Notes under the pieces: model-generated
What the model saw: the letters and a program-made list of their open reading frames with translations, nothing else
Database searches by the model: none
What the model was told of the DNA's origin: nothing
Translations under genes and position numbers: made by a program
Part shown: in pieces, positions 22,691 through 41,072 of the stretch
Layout: each line of letters starts with the position of its first letter
Numbering within the stretch: the first letter of the stretch is position 1
Source of the DNA: Eledone cirrhosa
Taxonomy: Eukaryota
DNA: 64,000 nucleotides
Assembly (NCBI GenBank): GCA_964016885.1
Contig: OZ024741.1
Coordinates: 307,830,001-307,894,000 of the forward strand
Reading direction: 5' to 3'

Positions 22691-24554
22691 TTCTGTTTGA
22701 GGAGCTTAGGCTATCATAACTGTTAGTCCTCAGCGAAATATATACAACAGATTTTAAATAAACCTGAACCAAATGAATATATAAATATATGTGTGTCTTT
22801 CTATGCACACATTTGCATTGCATGTAACAGTTGAAGTATCAATTTTGAACCCTTAAAATAAAATTCATCTGTGTTACGTATATGGGCCACCACCTGTTTT
22901 ACCTTAAAATGTTAATTTGAACATATCATCAAACCTTAACACAGTCAATCTTCCAGATAAACACTGAATAGAGCCTGACAATATGTTCCGTGACAAATAT
23001 GACACTAGTATATATAATGTATTCAAAGTAACAGCCTGCTGGTGAAATTAATGAACACGTGGCCAAATATTCCAGAAGCGCGTGAACCTTCAGTACATTT
23101 CTCAAGGAGATTCTCCTTGGCGTTATATGTGACAGGGCAAGCCCTTTTTGTATTACAGGTACAATTCATCCGACAGGCTTCAAAGCAGTTTCCGTTTACC
23201 CAGCATCACTCTGGGTCGATACAAGGATATAATAAATGACACATTATCTTGGGGAATGTCAAGAAGTAGGATTGAACCCGATAAATTATGATTGTGAAAC
23301 CAACTTCTACTGTATTTAATAATCAAGATAACGATATGTTTATCGTCATCGTTGTAATCGTCATCATCATCATTTCCATCATCATCTCCACCATCACTAT
23401 CATCATCATCATCATCATCATCATCATGACCACCACCATCATTATCTGCATCAACATCATTATCGAGTTTGTCATAGCAATTGTCGTCACAGTCGTCATC
23501 GTTGTCATTGTTACAACGTTTGTCGTTATCTGTTTCTTGGAACAATCGTTTAAATCTCCCAAAGACGGCAAAGACCATCTGTTACCTGGACTACTGCGCC
23601 CCCCCCCCTGCTCCTCCTTCTTCTGCACCTCCTCCTCTTTACTCCCTCCTCGCGGGAGTTATACTATTCAAGTTTCACTGTAAAATAGAGCGTAACGTTG
23701 GCAAAGGAATTATAAATAAATCAACATAAATTTTGTTTGTTTGTTTGTTTGTTTGTGTGTGTATGTATGTATGTGAGTGTATATATATGTGTGTGTGTGC
23801 ATAACTATGATTGTTAATTGTCATTATTTAGATGCAAACAAAATGACTCCATAAATTCAATAAAACATAATCCGTACACCTATACTTAACTTTACCCACC
23901 AGAAACATACCACGCTAGACATAAAGTAAAACCAATTACCTTCCCCAAACAATGCTCAACTTACTTCCAGGATAACGATAGATAAACCTACATCAATTGG
24001 TACGGGAGAGGCAGGTGCCTTCACCATTTGACCAGGCGTCGTCCAGAGATGAGTGAGGGGAAATGTTGACAAAACGAGCTTAAACATCGAGACAGCAAGT
24101 GTTGGACCACGATCGATTCCGACTCGAATCTTGCAGTTGTTCGAACAGCGGAACAATCTATTCTGGAAATTAACGGGCAATTAGCTGAACGTTCAACAGA
24201 CACGTGTACTTTTAGTGTTGTTCTCGGGAAGATTCTGCTTGATTCCAAAAGTGACAAAGCTGTCCCGTCAATTCCGAGTATAACTCCTCTTAGCCTCTGA
24301 GTGAATTGGAGCAACATGAATGAAATATTTTGCTCATAGTCACAACGTACCAACGAAATGGAAGACATGACCTTATAATTAGGGGCCTAACCACAAAGCC
24401 ACACGTCTTCACAGATAGTGAGAAGGAGAAGGAAATAACTAAGTGAAGCTAAGTATGACAAAAGAAGAAAAGAGAATTGGTGGTGGATGTGATCAATATG
24501 ATCTTGACGGGGTGTGGTGATGAGAGCGGCATCAATGGAAGAGTTGAGTTTATT

Positions 24555-24658
24555 ATGATGATGGTGGTGATGATGATGGTGATGAGGAGGAGGAGGGTGG
24601 GGGAGGAGGAGGTGGACGGCGAGGAGAAGGTGGAGGATGATGATGATGATGATGAGGG

Positions 24659-24720
<62 letters not shown>

Positions 24721-25286
24721 GTGGTGATGATGGTGATGATGATGGTGATGACGATGATAATGATGACGACGATGATGATGATGACGAGGAGGATGATGTT
24801 GATGATGATGATGACGGGGATGATGATGATGATGATGGTAACGATGATAACGATGATGGTGGTCACAGTGGTGGTGTTGATGGTGGTGGGGTGGGGTGGG
24901 GGTAGTGGGGGTGGTGATGGTGGTGGTGTTGGTGGTGGGTGGGGGTAGTGTGGGGGGTAGTAGTGGTGGTGGTGGTGGTGATGATGTGGATTGTGGTGGT
25001 GATGGTGGTGGTGGTGGTGGGGTGGGGTAGTGGGAGTGGTGGTGGTGGTGATGGTGGTGGTGTTGGTGGTGGGGTGGGGGTAGTGTGGAGGGGGTATTAG
25101 TGGTGGTGGTGGTGATGATGTGGATTGTGGTGGTGATGGTGGTGGTGGTGGTGGGGTGGGGTAGTGGGAGTGGTGGTGGTGGTGATGAGCAAGATGATTA
25201 TAATGATAATGAATATGATGACAATGAATATGATGATGATGGTGTGAATGGTAGAACTGAGTTTATTATTATGACAATATTGATGA

Positions 25287-25320
<34 letters not shown>

Positions 25321-26072
25321 GGTGGTGGTGGTGGTGGTGGTGGTGGTTAAAGGAAGATGATGATGATGAGTATGATTATGACGATTATAATTATGATGGC
25401 TATGACGATGACGATTATGATGATGATGATAAAAGATAGCGGCACAAATGATGATGATGGTGATGATGATAATGATGATGATGATAATGATGATGATGTT
25501 GATAATGATGATGTTGATGATGATGATGATGTTGAAAACGATAATATTTCACTTGAGGAAGATGATGATAGTAATAACTGAGGCTGATAATAATAATGAA
25601 GATGATGATGATAATGATGATGTTGGTGATGATGATGGTGATGATGATGGTGATGGTGATGATGATGATGGTGGTGGTGGTGGTGGTGGTGGTGGTGGTG
25701 GTGGTGGTGGTGGTGATGATGGTGATGATGATGATGGTGATGATGATGGTGGTGGTGGTGGTGGTGATGATGATGATGGTGATGATGGTAGTGATGATGA
25801 TGGTGATGGTGGTGATGATGATAACGATAGTGGTGTTAATGATGATGATGATGGTGATGATGATGGTGGTGGTGGTGGTGGTGGTGATGATGGTGATGGT
25901 GATGGTGGTGGTGGTGATGGTGGTGATGATGATGGTGGTGGTGATGATGGTGATGATGATGGTGGTGATGATGATGGTGATGATGATGATGGTGATGGTG
26001 ATGGTGATGGTGGTGATGGTGATGGTGGTGATGATGGTGATGGTGGTGATGATGATAACGATAGTGGCGTTA

Positions 26073-26131
<59 letters not shown>

Positions 26132-26175
26132 AACGATAGTGACGTTGATGATGATGATGATGATGATGATGGTAT
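24555..26175. repeat. Compound (GAT)n/(GGT)n trinucleotide field
   Basis: Directly visible; includes a ~135-bp duplication within 24860-25185. Confidence 0.95.
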
Positions 26176-26859
26176 TGTGGAATTCGTAGTTTTTATTTCA
26201 TCAAGATCTAAAGAAGAAGTAGAAGAAGAAGGAAAAAAGAACTGTCCCAGATGTCTCGTTTTGCCTTTTGCAATCCGGGACACGGGAGGTCAATAAAGCC
26301 TCGTTCTGAAGTTGCATGTGACAAATTCGCTTTTAATTTATTTGGTCTGCAATATTCCAGATGGCCCCCTCATCACAGACAAATGCACACTTACACACAT
26401 ACACGCACACACATGTGCATACATATATATATATATATGTGTATGTGTGTGCAAATATATATATATGCGTGCATGTGTGTGTGTGTTAATGATGATAAAG
26501 AATATGGTGAAGATGTTATAGATAATAATAGTGATGATGATGATGATGATGACGATGATGACGATGATGATGATGATAAATAGGAGATATAGTACCACTA
26601 GTAGTAAGGGAACCATGATTAGATTGTAGAATTTTACGTTCTTCTTGTTTTATTTTATCAATATCTAAAGAAGTGTATATGCGTTTAAAATATTCACATG
26701 CCTGCAAACACACACAGACACACACACATACACACAAATATATATGCATGCATATATATATATATGTGTGTGTGTGTGTCTGTGTGTGTGTATGTGTATG
26801 TATGTATGCACACACAGAGATAGAGAGAGAAAGAGAGTGAAGAGAATGGGGAGAGTGAG

Positions 26860-26966
<107 letters not shown>

Positions 26967-27063
26967 AATAAATAAATAAACAAAGAAACAAACAAAAAAC
27001 ATAGAAATAAATATAAAACTAATGTGGATACAACCCACATCCACACATATTCTCGCGCACTCG

Positions 27064-27099
<36 letters not shown>

Positions 27100-27126
27100 T
27101 ATATATATATATACACATATATATAT

Positions 27127-27247
<121 letters not shown>

Positions 27248-27297
27248 TACTCATATATATACACATATATATACACACACACATATATATATATATA

Positions 27298-27340
<43 letters not shown>

Positions 27341-27641
27341 TCATATATACTCATATATACAATCATTAACATAAATCAGCATGAATTATTTACAGTTATG
27401 TACACAAAATAGAACTCACACACAGAAATACACATGCATATAATTTATATACACATAGATTTACCGCTATAAACTCTTACAAATACTTTGGATTTCTCCA
27501 TACACTTAAATTTCTATGGATACTGCCAACACTGAAACATATCTCTACTCACACCTATACGCACAAATATTGGCATTATTTATAAGGTAGAAAATGTTTA
27601 CTCACTCAAACACTTACGCAAACACACATGTTTGTAAGTAT

Positions 27642-27709
<68 letters not shown>

Positions 27710-27837
27710 ATATATATATCTTTGCTTAAACTTTAATCTGTTATTTTAATAAATATATATATATATACAGTATGAATATATATATATATATATATATACG
27801 TATATACATACATAAATACATACATACATATATATAT

Positions 27838-27940
27838 AAAGGCAAAGTTAACCTCGGCGGGATTTGAACTCAGTCCGTAAAGGGGCGTAACTCTGTGCTG
27901 CAAAGCATGGCGTCCGACCCTCTACCGATAATGCCAATCC
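27838..27940 (-). mobile_element. SINE family A, 5' part
   Basis: Matches reverse complement of 2567-2667. Confidence 0.8.
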
Positions 27941-28236
27941 AAGTTATAATGTAAGTTGTGTGGTCCTAAATCCTGATTAAAAGTTATCGAATATTGATAA
28001 CATTTAATAAAAAAGCTTTGTGACGATTTTATTATTTTATTTTATTTTTCATTTATTTTACAGGATTTTGATATATTTTCATTGTTTACTTTTACATGTT
28101 TGTTTTCTTTTTTCTTTTTCTTTTAAAGAAACTTTACATTAGCACAAGAGTGCTCAATTAATCAGCATGTGGTGTATAAATAGGCATGAGTATAAGCAAG
28201 TTCCCGCACGTGTTGATATGTGTACGTGTATGTATG

Positions 28237-28310
<74 letters not shown>

Positions 28311-28693
28311 TGTGTGTGTGTGTATATGTGTGTGTGTGTATATACATATGCGTGTGTGTTTGTGTATGTGCGAGTGTAGTTTTGTATGTGTGTGTGTGTA
28401 CTCACTGGGTAATAACAGTGTTTGTGGCAGGAAACACGGAACCAGGCCTCTACACAAACGTAAATTATACGCACACTTCGACAGATCTTGCAAGACGGTC
28501 ACTTGATTTGTTAAAAATAGCAGACAAATTTCTTTCAAATCACACCCAACTCTCTTAAAACGAAGAAGAGACAACATCCGACAGTGCGCTCAGTGATATA
28601 TATTGTCTACAGAAAAAAAAAAAAAATATGGGGGTGGTCACTACTGAAATGTCGTTGACCATAGCTACTCTTGATTGAAGCTGAGTTGGAATG

Positions 28694-28917
28694 TTTTCTG
28701 ATTTAGGTACAAGGCCAACACATTTTTTGGAGGAAGGGAAAGTCGATTAAATCGACCCGAGTGCGTGACTGGTACTTTATTTTATAGACGCCTTAAAGAA
28801 AGAAAGGCAAAGCTAACCTCAGCTAGATTTTAACTCAGCACGTAAAGGGCTGAAACTCTATGCTGCAAAGCATGGATGATATCCGATGCTCTACCGATTC
28901 TGCCAATCCATCGCCCT
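28694..28917 (-). mobile_element. SINE family A, longer subfamily
   Basis: Same head and core with an extra GTCGATTAAATCGAC segment also seen at 61787-62006. Confidence 0.75.
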
Positions 28918-29007
28918 ATTAAACACTAATGATCATTTTTTTCCGTTAAGCTCTGCCAAATATCAGCATCACAATTATGTTTTCAATACGCATTATGATA
29001 TATGATA

Positions 29008-29200
29008 TAAGGCAGTGGATTGGCAGTATCGGTAGAGGGTTGGACGCCATGCTTTGACGCATAGAGTTACGGCCCTTGCCATTATGAGTTTAAATCCCGC
29101 CGAGATTAACTCCGCCTTTCATCCTTAACGGGTCGATAAAATAAAGTACCAGTAATGTACTGGGTAATTGCTGGCCTTGTGCCAAAAGTAGAAACAATTA
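29008..29200 (+). mobile_element. SINE family A, full-length
   Basis: Collinear with 2560-2750; ATGATATAAG occurs on both sides (possible TSD). Confidence 0.85.
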
Positions 29201-29524
29201 TGATATAAGACTTCTTCGTACTATTCAACAGAATTCGTAATATGATCGGATTGTCTCCCCCACAGCCCCGGCGGACAGAATGGAGAAGGCGTTTCCCCGG
29301 AGGACGGCAAGGGAGACGCGCCGGAATGATAATTACAGTAGAGAATGTTATCACTTAACTTGCGAGAAATAGAAGCCACACTCTTTATATCGCCATCATG
29401 TCGACACTAGCTATATCAACTGATCATGGAAGGTTTGTGGGTGAATATAGTTCCTCACTGGTTTCCGCCACAGCCACTTTGGGAGAGGGTGAAAGAGGAA
29501 GGAAGAGGGGGGGATTGGGTGAGA

Positions 29525-29732
29525 AAGAAAGAAAGAAAGAAAGAAGAAGAAGAAGAAGAAGAAGAAGAAGAAGAAGAAGAAGAAGAAGAAGAAGAAGAAG
29601 AAGAAGAAGAAGAAGAAGAAGAAGAAGAAGAAGAAGAAGAAGAAGAAGAAGAAGAACCGAAATCACCCCCACCACCATCCCCACAAACACTAACTCCTAC
29701 CATGATAACAACAGCAACCGCAATAACAACAT

Positions 29733-29782
<50 letters not shown>

Positions 29783-30235
29783 GCTGCTGCTGCTCTGCTG
29801 CTGCTGCTGACGCTGCTGGTACTACTACTACTATTATTACCACCTCCACCACTACAACAACAGCTAGCGCCACCACAACGAAATCTACAACAATTACCAG
29901 GGACACCACATCCACCAGCACAGCAACAGCAACAGCAGGTAGCAGCACTACAACAATAACTACCACCACTACAACAAAAACAACAACTAGTAGTACTACT
30001 ACCACCACCACGAACACCAAACAACAACTACAACTGTTACTACTACCGCCGCCACTACCACCACTACTACTACCACCACCATCACCACTACCACTATCAC
30101 CACCACTATCACCACCACTATCATCATCACCACCACCACGAACACCAAACAACAACAACAACTGTTACTACTACTGACGCCTGTATCACCACTACTACTA
30201 CCACCACCACTACCACTACCATCATCACCACCACT
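29525..30235. repeat. (GAA)n and mixed (CTA/CCA/CAA)n microsatellite field
   Basis: Directly visible. Confidence 0.95.
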
Positions 30236-30451
30236 GAATAAGCAAACAAAGTACAATCGCTTGAACGATCGCTCAAATCTGCAATCATACATCAGTGAAC
30301 ACATTAGCATTAGATAGGATGATCTCTCGATGAATGGATCAAGTGTTAGCAGCAAACCAATTAGGTGATACACTTTACATCGGATTTCTTTGACACGGCT
30401 AATTTACATAGAGCTATAGCAGCAGTCTCCTTAACTACTCACTTAACATAG

Positions 30452-30576
<125 letters not shown>

Positions 30577-30659
30577 ATAATAATAAAAATACACTTTTTT
30601 CATTTTGATCTTGGTGATGATGTTGCTTACCCCCAAGTAACCTAATTTCGTCTTGCAAT

Positions 30660-31420
30660 CTCAAACGGTGGGCTGGAATGATATAAATGATGTTTAGCTC
30701 CAGATCATCCTTGATGCAACACGTGTTAAAGTGTGGGTTGCAGTTACACTATTTATGTTGGTGTGTAGCGCCAACATCGATCTAGGATATGTTAAACGGT
30801 GGGCTGGAGTGACATAACTGACGTTTATCTGTAGATCAGCTCTTTTACAGCATGTGTAAACAGTGGGCTGGAATGATACAAATTTTGTTTAGCTCCAGAT
30901 CAACTGTGATGCAAACCGTGTTAAACAGTGGGCTGGAATGACATTATATATGTTGCTGTTTAACTGGGGACCAGACTCAATCTAGTGTGTTTCAAACAAT
31001 GACCTGGAAGGTCACCAGTTGTGCTGTAGTTTACCTACATACAAGCCTTGGTTCTATATTTGTTAAACGAACTGGAGGGACACCCGTTGTGTTTAACTCT
31101 GGCCACCTTGATCTAGCATCTGATAAACGGTAGACTGGAGTGACATCAGTTTCTTTTAGGTCTAGCCACTCAGACCTAGCGTCTTGGAAACAGGGTGCTT
31201 GAGTGATACCAACTGTACTGAACCAAGATGTATCGTCATCCTCCGAATAAATTAAAATGGAGTGTTAATGTAACAACCTGGTTGTTTAACACCTGATCAG
31301 CTCGAATCCATCATGTGTTACACGGTGGACTAGGCTAAAACCACTGGCATTTTTCTCAAGATCAGCCTTGATCCACTATATGTTCGGTGTGTCATGTACA
31401 TTCATGGGCTGAAGTAATAT
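30660..31420 (+). repeat. Degenerate ~65-bp minisatellite, about 11 units
   Basis: Recurring AAACGGTGGGCTGGAATGACAT..GTTTAGCTCCAGATCA..TGAT..ATGTGTT near 30663, 30729, 30795, 30859, 30923, 30993, 31125, 31321. Confidence 0.8.
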
Positions 31421-32640
31421 CACTGTTGTCTGGGCGATGGGGTTTAGCTATAGGCTACTCGTAATCTACAAAGGTTCGATGTAAGATTGTGGGCCAATGT
31501 TAGTTATGGTCATGAATTTAAAATGTTCAATTCACAGTCGAGTTTGATGCTACTGCGTGGCACGTAAAGAAAAGGTTTTATCACAGTCTCGATTTAACAA
31601 AATATGTGTTAGTGAAATTTGAATAAGCAAAAATATTTCAATAAATAGCCGAATGGACTGTACCTATTCTTGGTTCGCTGACTTAATCCAATTTAACACC
31701 ACCACCTAACCTTTATGAATAGTTGGAGGAATATATTCTGTTGAAAGCATTTGGAGCAGATAATTCGTTACTTTAAACCTTTCACCAACAAGTCACGAAG
31801 TCTTCGCAAAAAATGTCATTCACACTGTCATCCCTTCACTGACTAAGCCATTATTAGAAACTCCGCTGACAAATCTTGAACGTAGAACCGGAGTTGTTTG
31901 GCGTCAGGTCAGTACTGTTTACTAAAGCAGCCGACATATAATAAAAGATATATTCCATCCATGACCACCCGTCCTTTTGTGTCACGCTTAATATATCTAC
32001 CACTGTATTAACCAGTATATCTTTGCTTTCTTTTCTCAGAGGTGAATAAAGAAAAAATTCACTTGCTATTTATCACAAATTGTGTAACCACATAGAAGCT
32101 TCCTCTTTAGTTGTTGTTGTTATTGTTGTTGTGGTTGATTTGGCCTAGGTCAGATTTTATCAGGATGAGATAGTCATAGTTCTGACGCCTTTGATGATAA
32201 AACTCTCCATAAATCAGAACTGACTGCGGCTAAATAGCATCAAGAACAACAACATTGAAGTACATCTGTATCTTACAATCCAACACCTGTTGGAGGAGGA
32301 GGGGGGCATTCAGGTATCCCGTATGTTTGCTTTATTGATTATTTGCATTAGTGGCAGCTCCATTATCTCAGAAGCTACTGAAGGTTGAGCAGCCAAGGAT
32401 ATTTTTAAAATCAATAATGATAAATCAATAACAGTAAATCATTGCGACTGCAGCGACCCCTGCTTCGTGGAGCAGAGGTCACTGCAGTAGCTTGTTCACC
32501 AACCATATGTAGAATGTGAGTCTATGTTGGTTGAATATGTATATGTGTGTGTGTATATATATATATATGCGTGCGCGAGCGCGCGTGTGTGTGTATATAT
32601 ATATACATGTGTGTGTGTGTGTGTGTGTGTCTGTGCGTGT

Positions 32641-33565
32641 CAGACCGCTCACGAGTATTACTGGCAACATGTAGCCCAGTACAACCTGTCACGTGGTTCG
32701 GTCATCGCCGACAAACCCGGAGACTCCACCAAGCTTGTTTGGCGAGGAGGGTGATTTTTGGACACCCTATGGGATAAAAAACAAAACCTGTCAAAGGGGG
32801 GAGAAACTCTTGAGAACCAAAGGCTATCTAACGTCTGAGGTGTGTTATTTACAGGGTTTGTGGTAAACGTTTGCACCAGTTCTTTGTTATCAACATTTCT
32901 GAAAAGTGTGGCTGGTCCAGCACAAGCCTTCACCACTATAAATGATCATTATGATCATTTGAGTAGGTAGCTCAATAACTCTACCAGCCCTATTTGATAT
33001 CCCTTCCTTAACTCAAAGCCGACTGGCGTGATAGTAAAGACAACAGGGACGCATAAAGAGTATTACAGGAAGTCGTTAGCTGGGGCTCTACATTGTGCCA
33101 ATCATCATATCATGGCTTATTATGCACAAAATATGAGCAATTTGCGTTGTTCGTGTCCTCTGTTGGTGACAAAGCAAGTCTTTTTAGACAGCACTGCTTT
33201 CCCTACACAGAGAGGGGTGTGGTAACAGAAGCTATAAACACATGCTTGCTTAATCTTTAAGCTGGCTGTAAACCGTGGCTCTCTGGTTATTCAAATATGG
33301 GGTCGAAAAAATTCTAGGAATTTAATTTTGAATTTTTGGTCTATGAATGTGAGAACAATCCAGGACAACATTTCAAGTGTGGAGCGAAGATCAGCCCGTA
33401 AGAGCACGAAAGCATTAAATATGTCAAATGGCGAATGCACTGAATCCTTTGGTGTCACAAACGGTACTATACAGGGTTGTGTCATGGCTCCTGTCCTCTA
33501 TCATTTGATCTCTGTAATGCTCCAGTATGCATTTGGTGATAAAGACACTGGTGTCAGATTTGAAT
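32641..33565 (+). pseudogene. Internally deleted RTE-clade LINE (5' UTR, start of endonuclease, RT fragment)
   Basis: 5' region homologous to 6544-6720; NFWSMNVRT (APE N-terminus) joined to NGECTESFGVTNGTIQGCVMAPVLY (RT QG motif). Confidence 0.7.
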
Positions 33566-33908
33566 ATATATATATATATATGAAAATGGAAATGGCTATA
33601 ATGATAGTCGGTTACTATAAATAATAACTGAAAATCGAGTACCTTTTGGGACGAAACATCGTGAGCAAAGGCGCCTGCGGGGACGGATGTTACATTTCGC
33701 GGATGCCGGGCGATTGGGTTAACCATTAATCTAAGGAGTGCCAGGCTACTTATTGTCATCGTCTAGAAGCTTCTAATATGTATGTATACATATATATATA
33801 TATATACATATACACATACATGGAATAGAATGAAATGAAATTTCATTTCTCACTCTTAGTACGGAACTTATTTAAATGTATACATACTTACATTTATACA
33901 CATACATA

Positions 33909-34069
<161 letters not shown>

Positions 34070-34229
34070 GTGCGTGCGTGTGTGCGTATATGTGTGTGTG
34101 TATGCTTCTGTTTCTTTGTATATGTGACTGGTTCCTTGTTTTGGCAGCAGATATAAACTTGTTGGAAATGTGGTTTATATTAAAGGAAGTCACATGAAAC
34201 AAACGTCACTAACAACTTGTATTTATTCG

Positions 34230-35052
34230 GCATCATTATCATTATCATAGACATGATCATCATCGTGAGTATTATGATGATCATCATCATTATCAACATC
34301 GTCACTCTCATGATGATCATCATCACCATCACCATCGTCAATATCACTACCACTACCACCACCAACAACAACAACATCAACATCATCATCATCATTACCG
34401 TCAACATCACCACCACCAACAACAACACCATCACCAACAACAACATCATCATCACCATCGTCAACATCCACACCACCACCACCACCACCACCACCCACAG
34501 CAACAACATCATCATCATCATTATTCTCATCATCACCATCTCCACCACCACCACCACTACCAACAACATCATCATCATCATTATTCTCATCAACCACCAC
34601 CCACCACCATCACCACCACCACCACCACCAAAAACATCTTCATCATTATTCTCATCACCGCCACCACCACCACTACCACCACCACCACCACCACAACCTA
34701 CCACCACCACCACCACCACTACCAACAACATCATCATCATCATTATTCTCATCATCACCATCACCACCGCTACAACCACCACCATCACCACCACCACCAC
34801 CACCACCCACCACCATCACCACCACCAACAACAACATCTTCATCATCATTATTCTCATCACCACCACCACCACCACCCACCACCACCACTACCAACAACA
34901 TCATCATCATCATTATTCTCATCATCACCATCACCACCGCTACAACCACCACCACCACCACCAACACCACCACCACCACCACCACCACCACCCACCACAA
35001 CATCATCATCATTATTCTCATGCTCACCATTATCAACACCATCATCATCATG
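34230..35052. repeat. (CAT/CAC)n field with a ~60-bp higher-order repeat
   Basis: CATCATCATTATTCTCATC recurs about every 60-120 bp from 34512 to 35020. Confidence 0.85.
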
Positions 35053-35263
35053 ATTATATGTACCATTATATTTCATTATCTTAATCACACGATCAGAAGC
35101 AGATCCTTAAGTTAAATCTTAAATTATTTTTAATCGTTTCAAACCATGTTAAAGTCCTTAAAACTGGGATGTAATAGATTCTCTCTCTTGTCATTAAATA
35201 CTTTAAACGGCTATTTGGAGAAGATCATAGGTAAAAGAAGAAGATTATGTATCAACTAATACC

Positions 35264-38974
<3,711 letters not shown>

Positions 38975-39005
38975 ATATATATATATTTCATACATACATA
39001 CATAC

Positions 39006-39036
<31 letters not shown>

Positions 39037-39037
<1 letters not shown>

Positions 39038-39423
39038 GGTGGCTGCCAACTCGTTTTCGAGTACGGCCACTACTTTATATCCATGTAGGAGAAACCCTAC
39101 CGATGCGCTGAACGAGTGTGACTTTTTCGTCCAGCCAGCGACTTGAAAACTCTGGTACAAACACTACACTTGTGACAAATATTGACACATAGTGCTGGGC
39201 CCATGTTACCATGTGACGACAAGTGCAGAGAGATCTCCAGATATAAAGCAATGCCTGTGCCATGAAGCTTTTATAGTGAGCAAAGGCACTGCACAAAGCC
39301 AGTCCCACTCTCTTAACCAAGATGATATTTACCAAAAAGAAGAACAAGTCAACATCATTGGATACCATCAGAGTTGCAGGTGTTATATCAGAGTTTTCCT
39401 TCTCCTAGAATTCTGCCTTGACA
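39037..39423 (-). mobile_element. RTE-derived non-autonomous element, 5'-truncated copy
   Basis: Reverse complement of 6767-7153. Confidence 0.85.
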
Positions 39424-39585
39424 ATATACGTATGTATGTATATATATATACATACATACATACGTACATACATATATATATATACATATATATATATGTA
39501 TGTACGTATGTATGTGTATATATATATGTGTATGTATGTGTATATATATATATATATATACATACATATATATATATATATATAT

Positions 39586-39722
<137 letters not shown>

Positions 39723-39731
39723 TACATACAC

Positions 39732-39766
<35 letters not shown>

Positions 39767-40494
39767 TACATACACACATATATATATGTATATATAGATG
39801 CGTGTGTCTGTGTGTGTGTGTATTTATATATGGGGGGGGGGTAACATATTTATGAAGAAAGAGAGTGGAAGAGAGGAAAGAGAGATAAAGTGATCACTTG
39901 GTATGAAATGTAATTCAAATAAATGCAAACATATATGTCCACATTTAATCAAGTAGAGACTAATTCTAGCTTTAGGTTTAACACATTAAGGGATTGCATA
40001 ATTATATTGTACTTTGAAATTAAGCACAAAAGGAAGATCAAACCATTGATGTACGGTGGTGCTGTTTCAATAACTGTTTTTGAAACTTTATACATATCTA
40101 TTATATTTATTCCAAAGATTTGACAGAGCTTAGTGGTATTTCTGCTTCTATGTTCACGCTTGACCATATAGCTATGTTAGTAAATTCTCGTTTTAAGTGT
40201 TATGTGTGTACGTATGTGTGTATATGTGCGTACGTGCGCGTGTATGTGTGTGAGTTAGTGAGTGTGTGATTGTGTATGTGTGTGGGTGTGTGTGTGTGTG
40301 AGCGAGTATATGTGTGTGTGTGTGTGTGTGTTATTTTGCAGAGCTGTTGCTTTCAAAGGAGAACTTTAGGCTCTAAAATACACTTTTTTTAAAGACATTT
40401 ACCGTTTCGTGAGTGGCTTGGTTTTACAGTACAGAAGGTATGGATTTGGGTGTGTCAGATATTTTCTATTGATACCAGACGAGGGCTCAAACTT

Positions 40495-41000
40495 TTAGAA
40501 CTATATATATCATAGATTGAGTTAGAAACTCTAAGTAGTCTTTAACAATTAAATAGCTCAAAGAAGGGAATTTTTCCGAGCCATGTAATACAATTGAATA
40601 TGAGTGAGAGGGATGAACACCGATACAAGTATTCATGTGTTCCAATTGCAAATGACCAAGTTAGCTAGGTTGAAAAAAATACTAATTTAAAACAATATGG
40701 TTTGCCTGTCTCGATTTAAAGTAATAAATCAATAAAAATAACAAACCTATATCGGGCAACTGCCTTTGATACCTGGACAGATCTAAATCTGTTTCGCAAT
40801 AATTATTAAGTGAAAGCCACAATTCCTGTGCTCTTCTGCGGGTATCCAGGAAATTCATACATTTCACTTCAAAGGATCTAAGAAGACTGAACGATGTGTT
40901 GATATAAAAGCACATGTTGCAGCGCCTAGCGCGCTCCATCTGATGCCGCTAAAAATGGCAGCCGGTTTTATGAGACTAAAGTTAGCTCTACATATGGAGC

Positions 41001-41003
<3 letters not shown>
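40495..41003 (-). mobile_element. Non-coding hammerhead-bearing repeat, homolog of 6075-6424
   Basis: Collinear similarity over 40595-40955; ends in (TA)n; left boundary approximate. Confidence 0.7.
40768..40846 (-). ncRNA. Type I hammerhead motif with CAGAAGA (U4A) core
   Basis: Minus: GATACCCG-CAGAAGA-GCA..TGC-GAAA-CAGAT-TTAG-ATCTG-TC-CAGGTATC. Confidence 0.65.

Positions 41004-41063
<60 letters not shown>

Positions 41064-41072
<9 letters not shown>

Noticed and set aside
24387-26296. Long poly-D/G/M/V ORFs
   Set aside because: Trinucleotide repeat artefacts open in several frames and on both strands.
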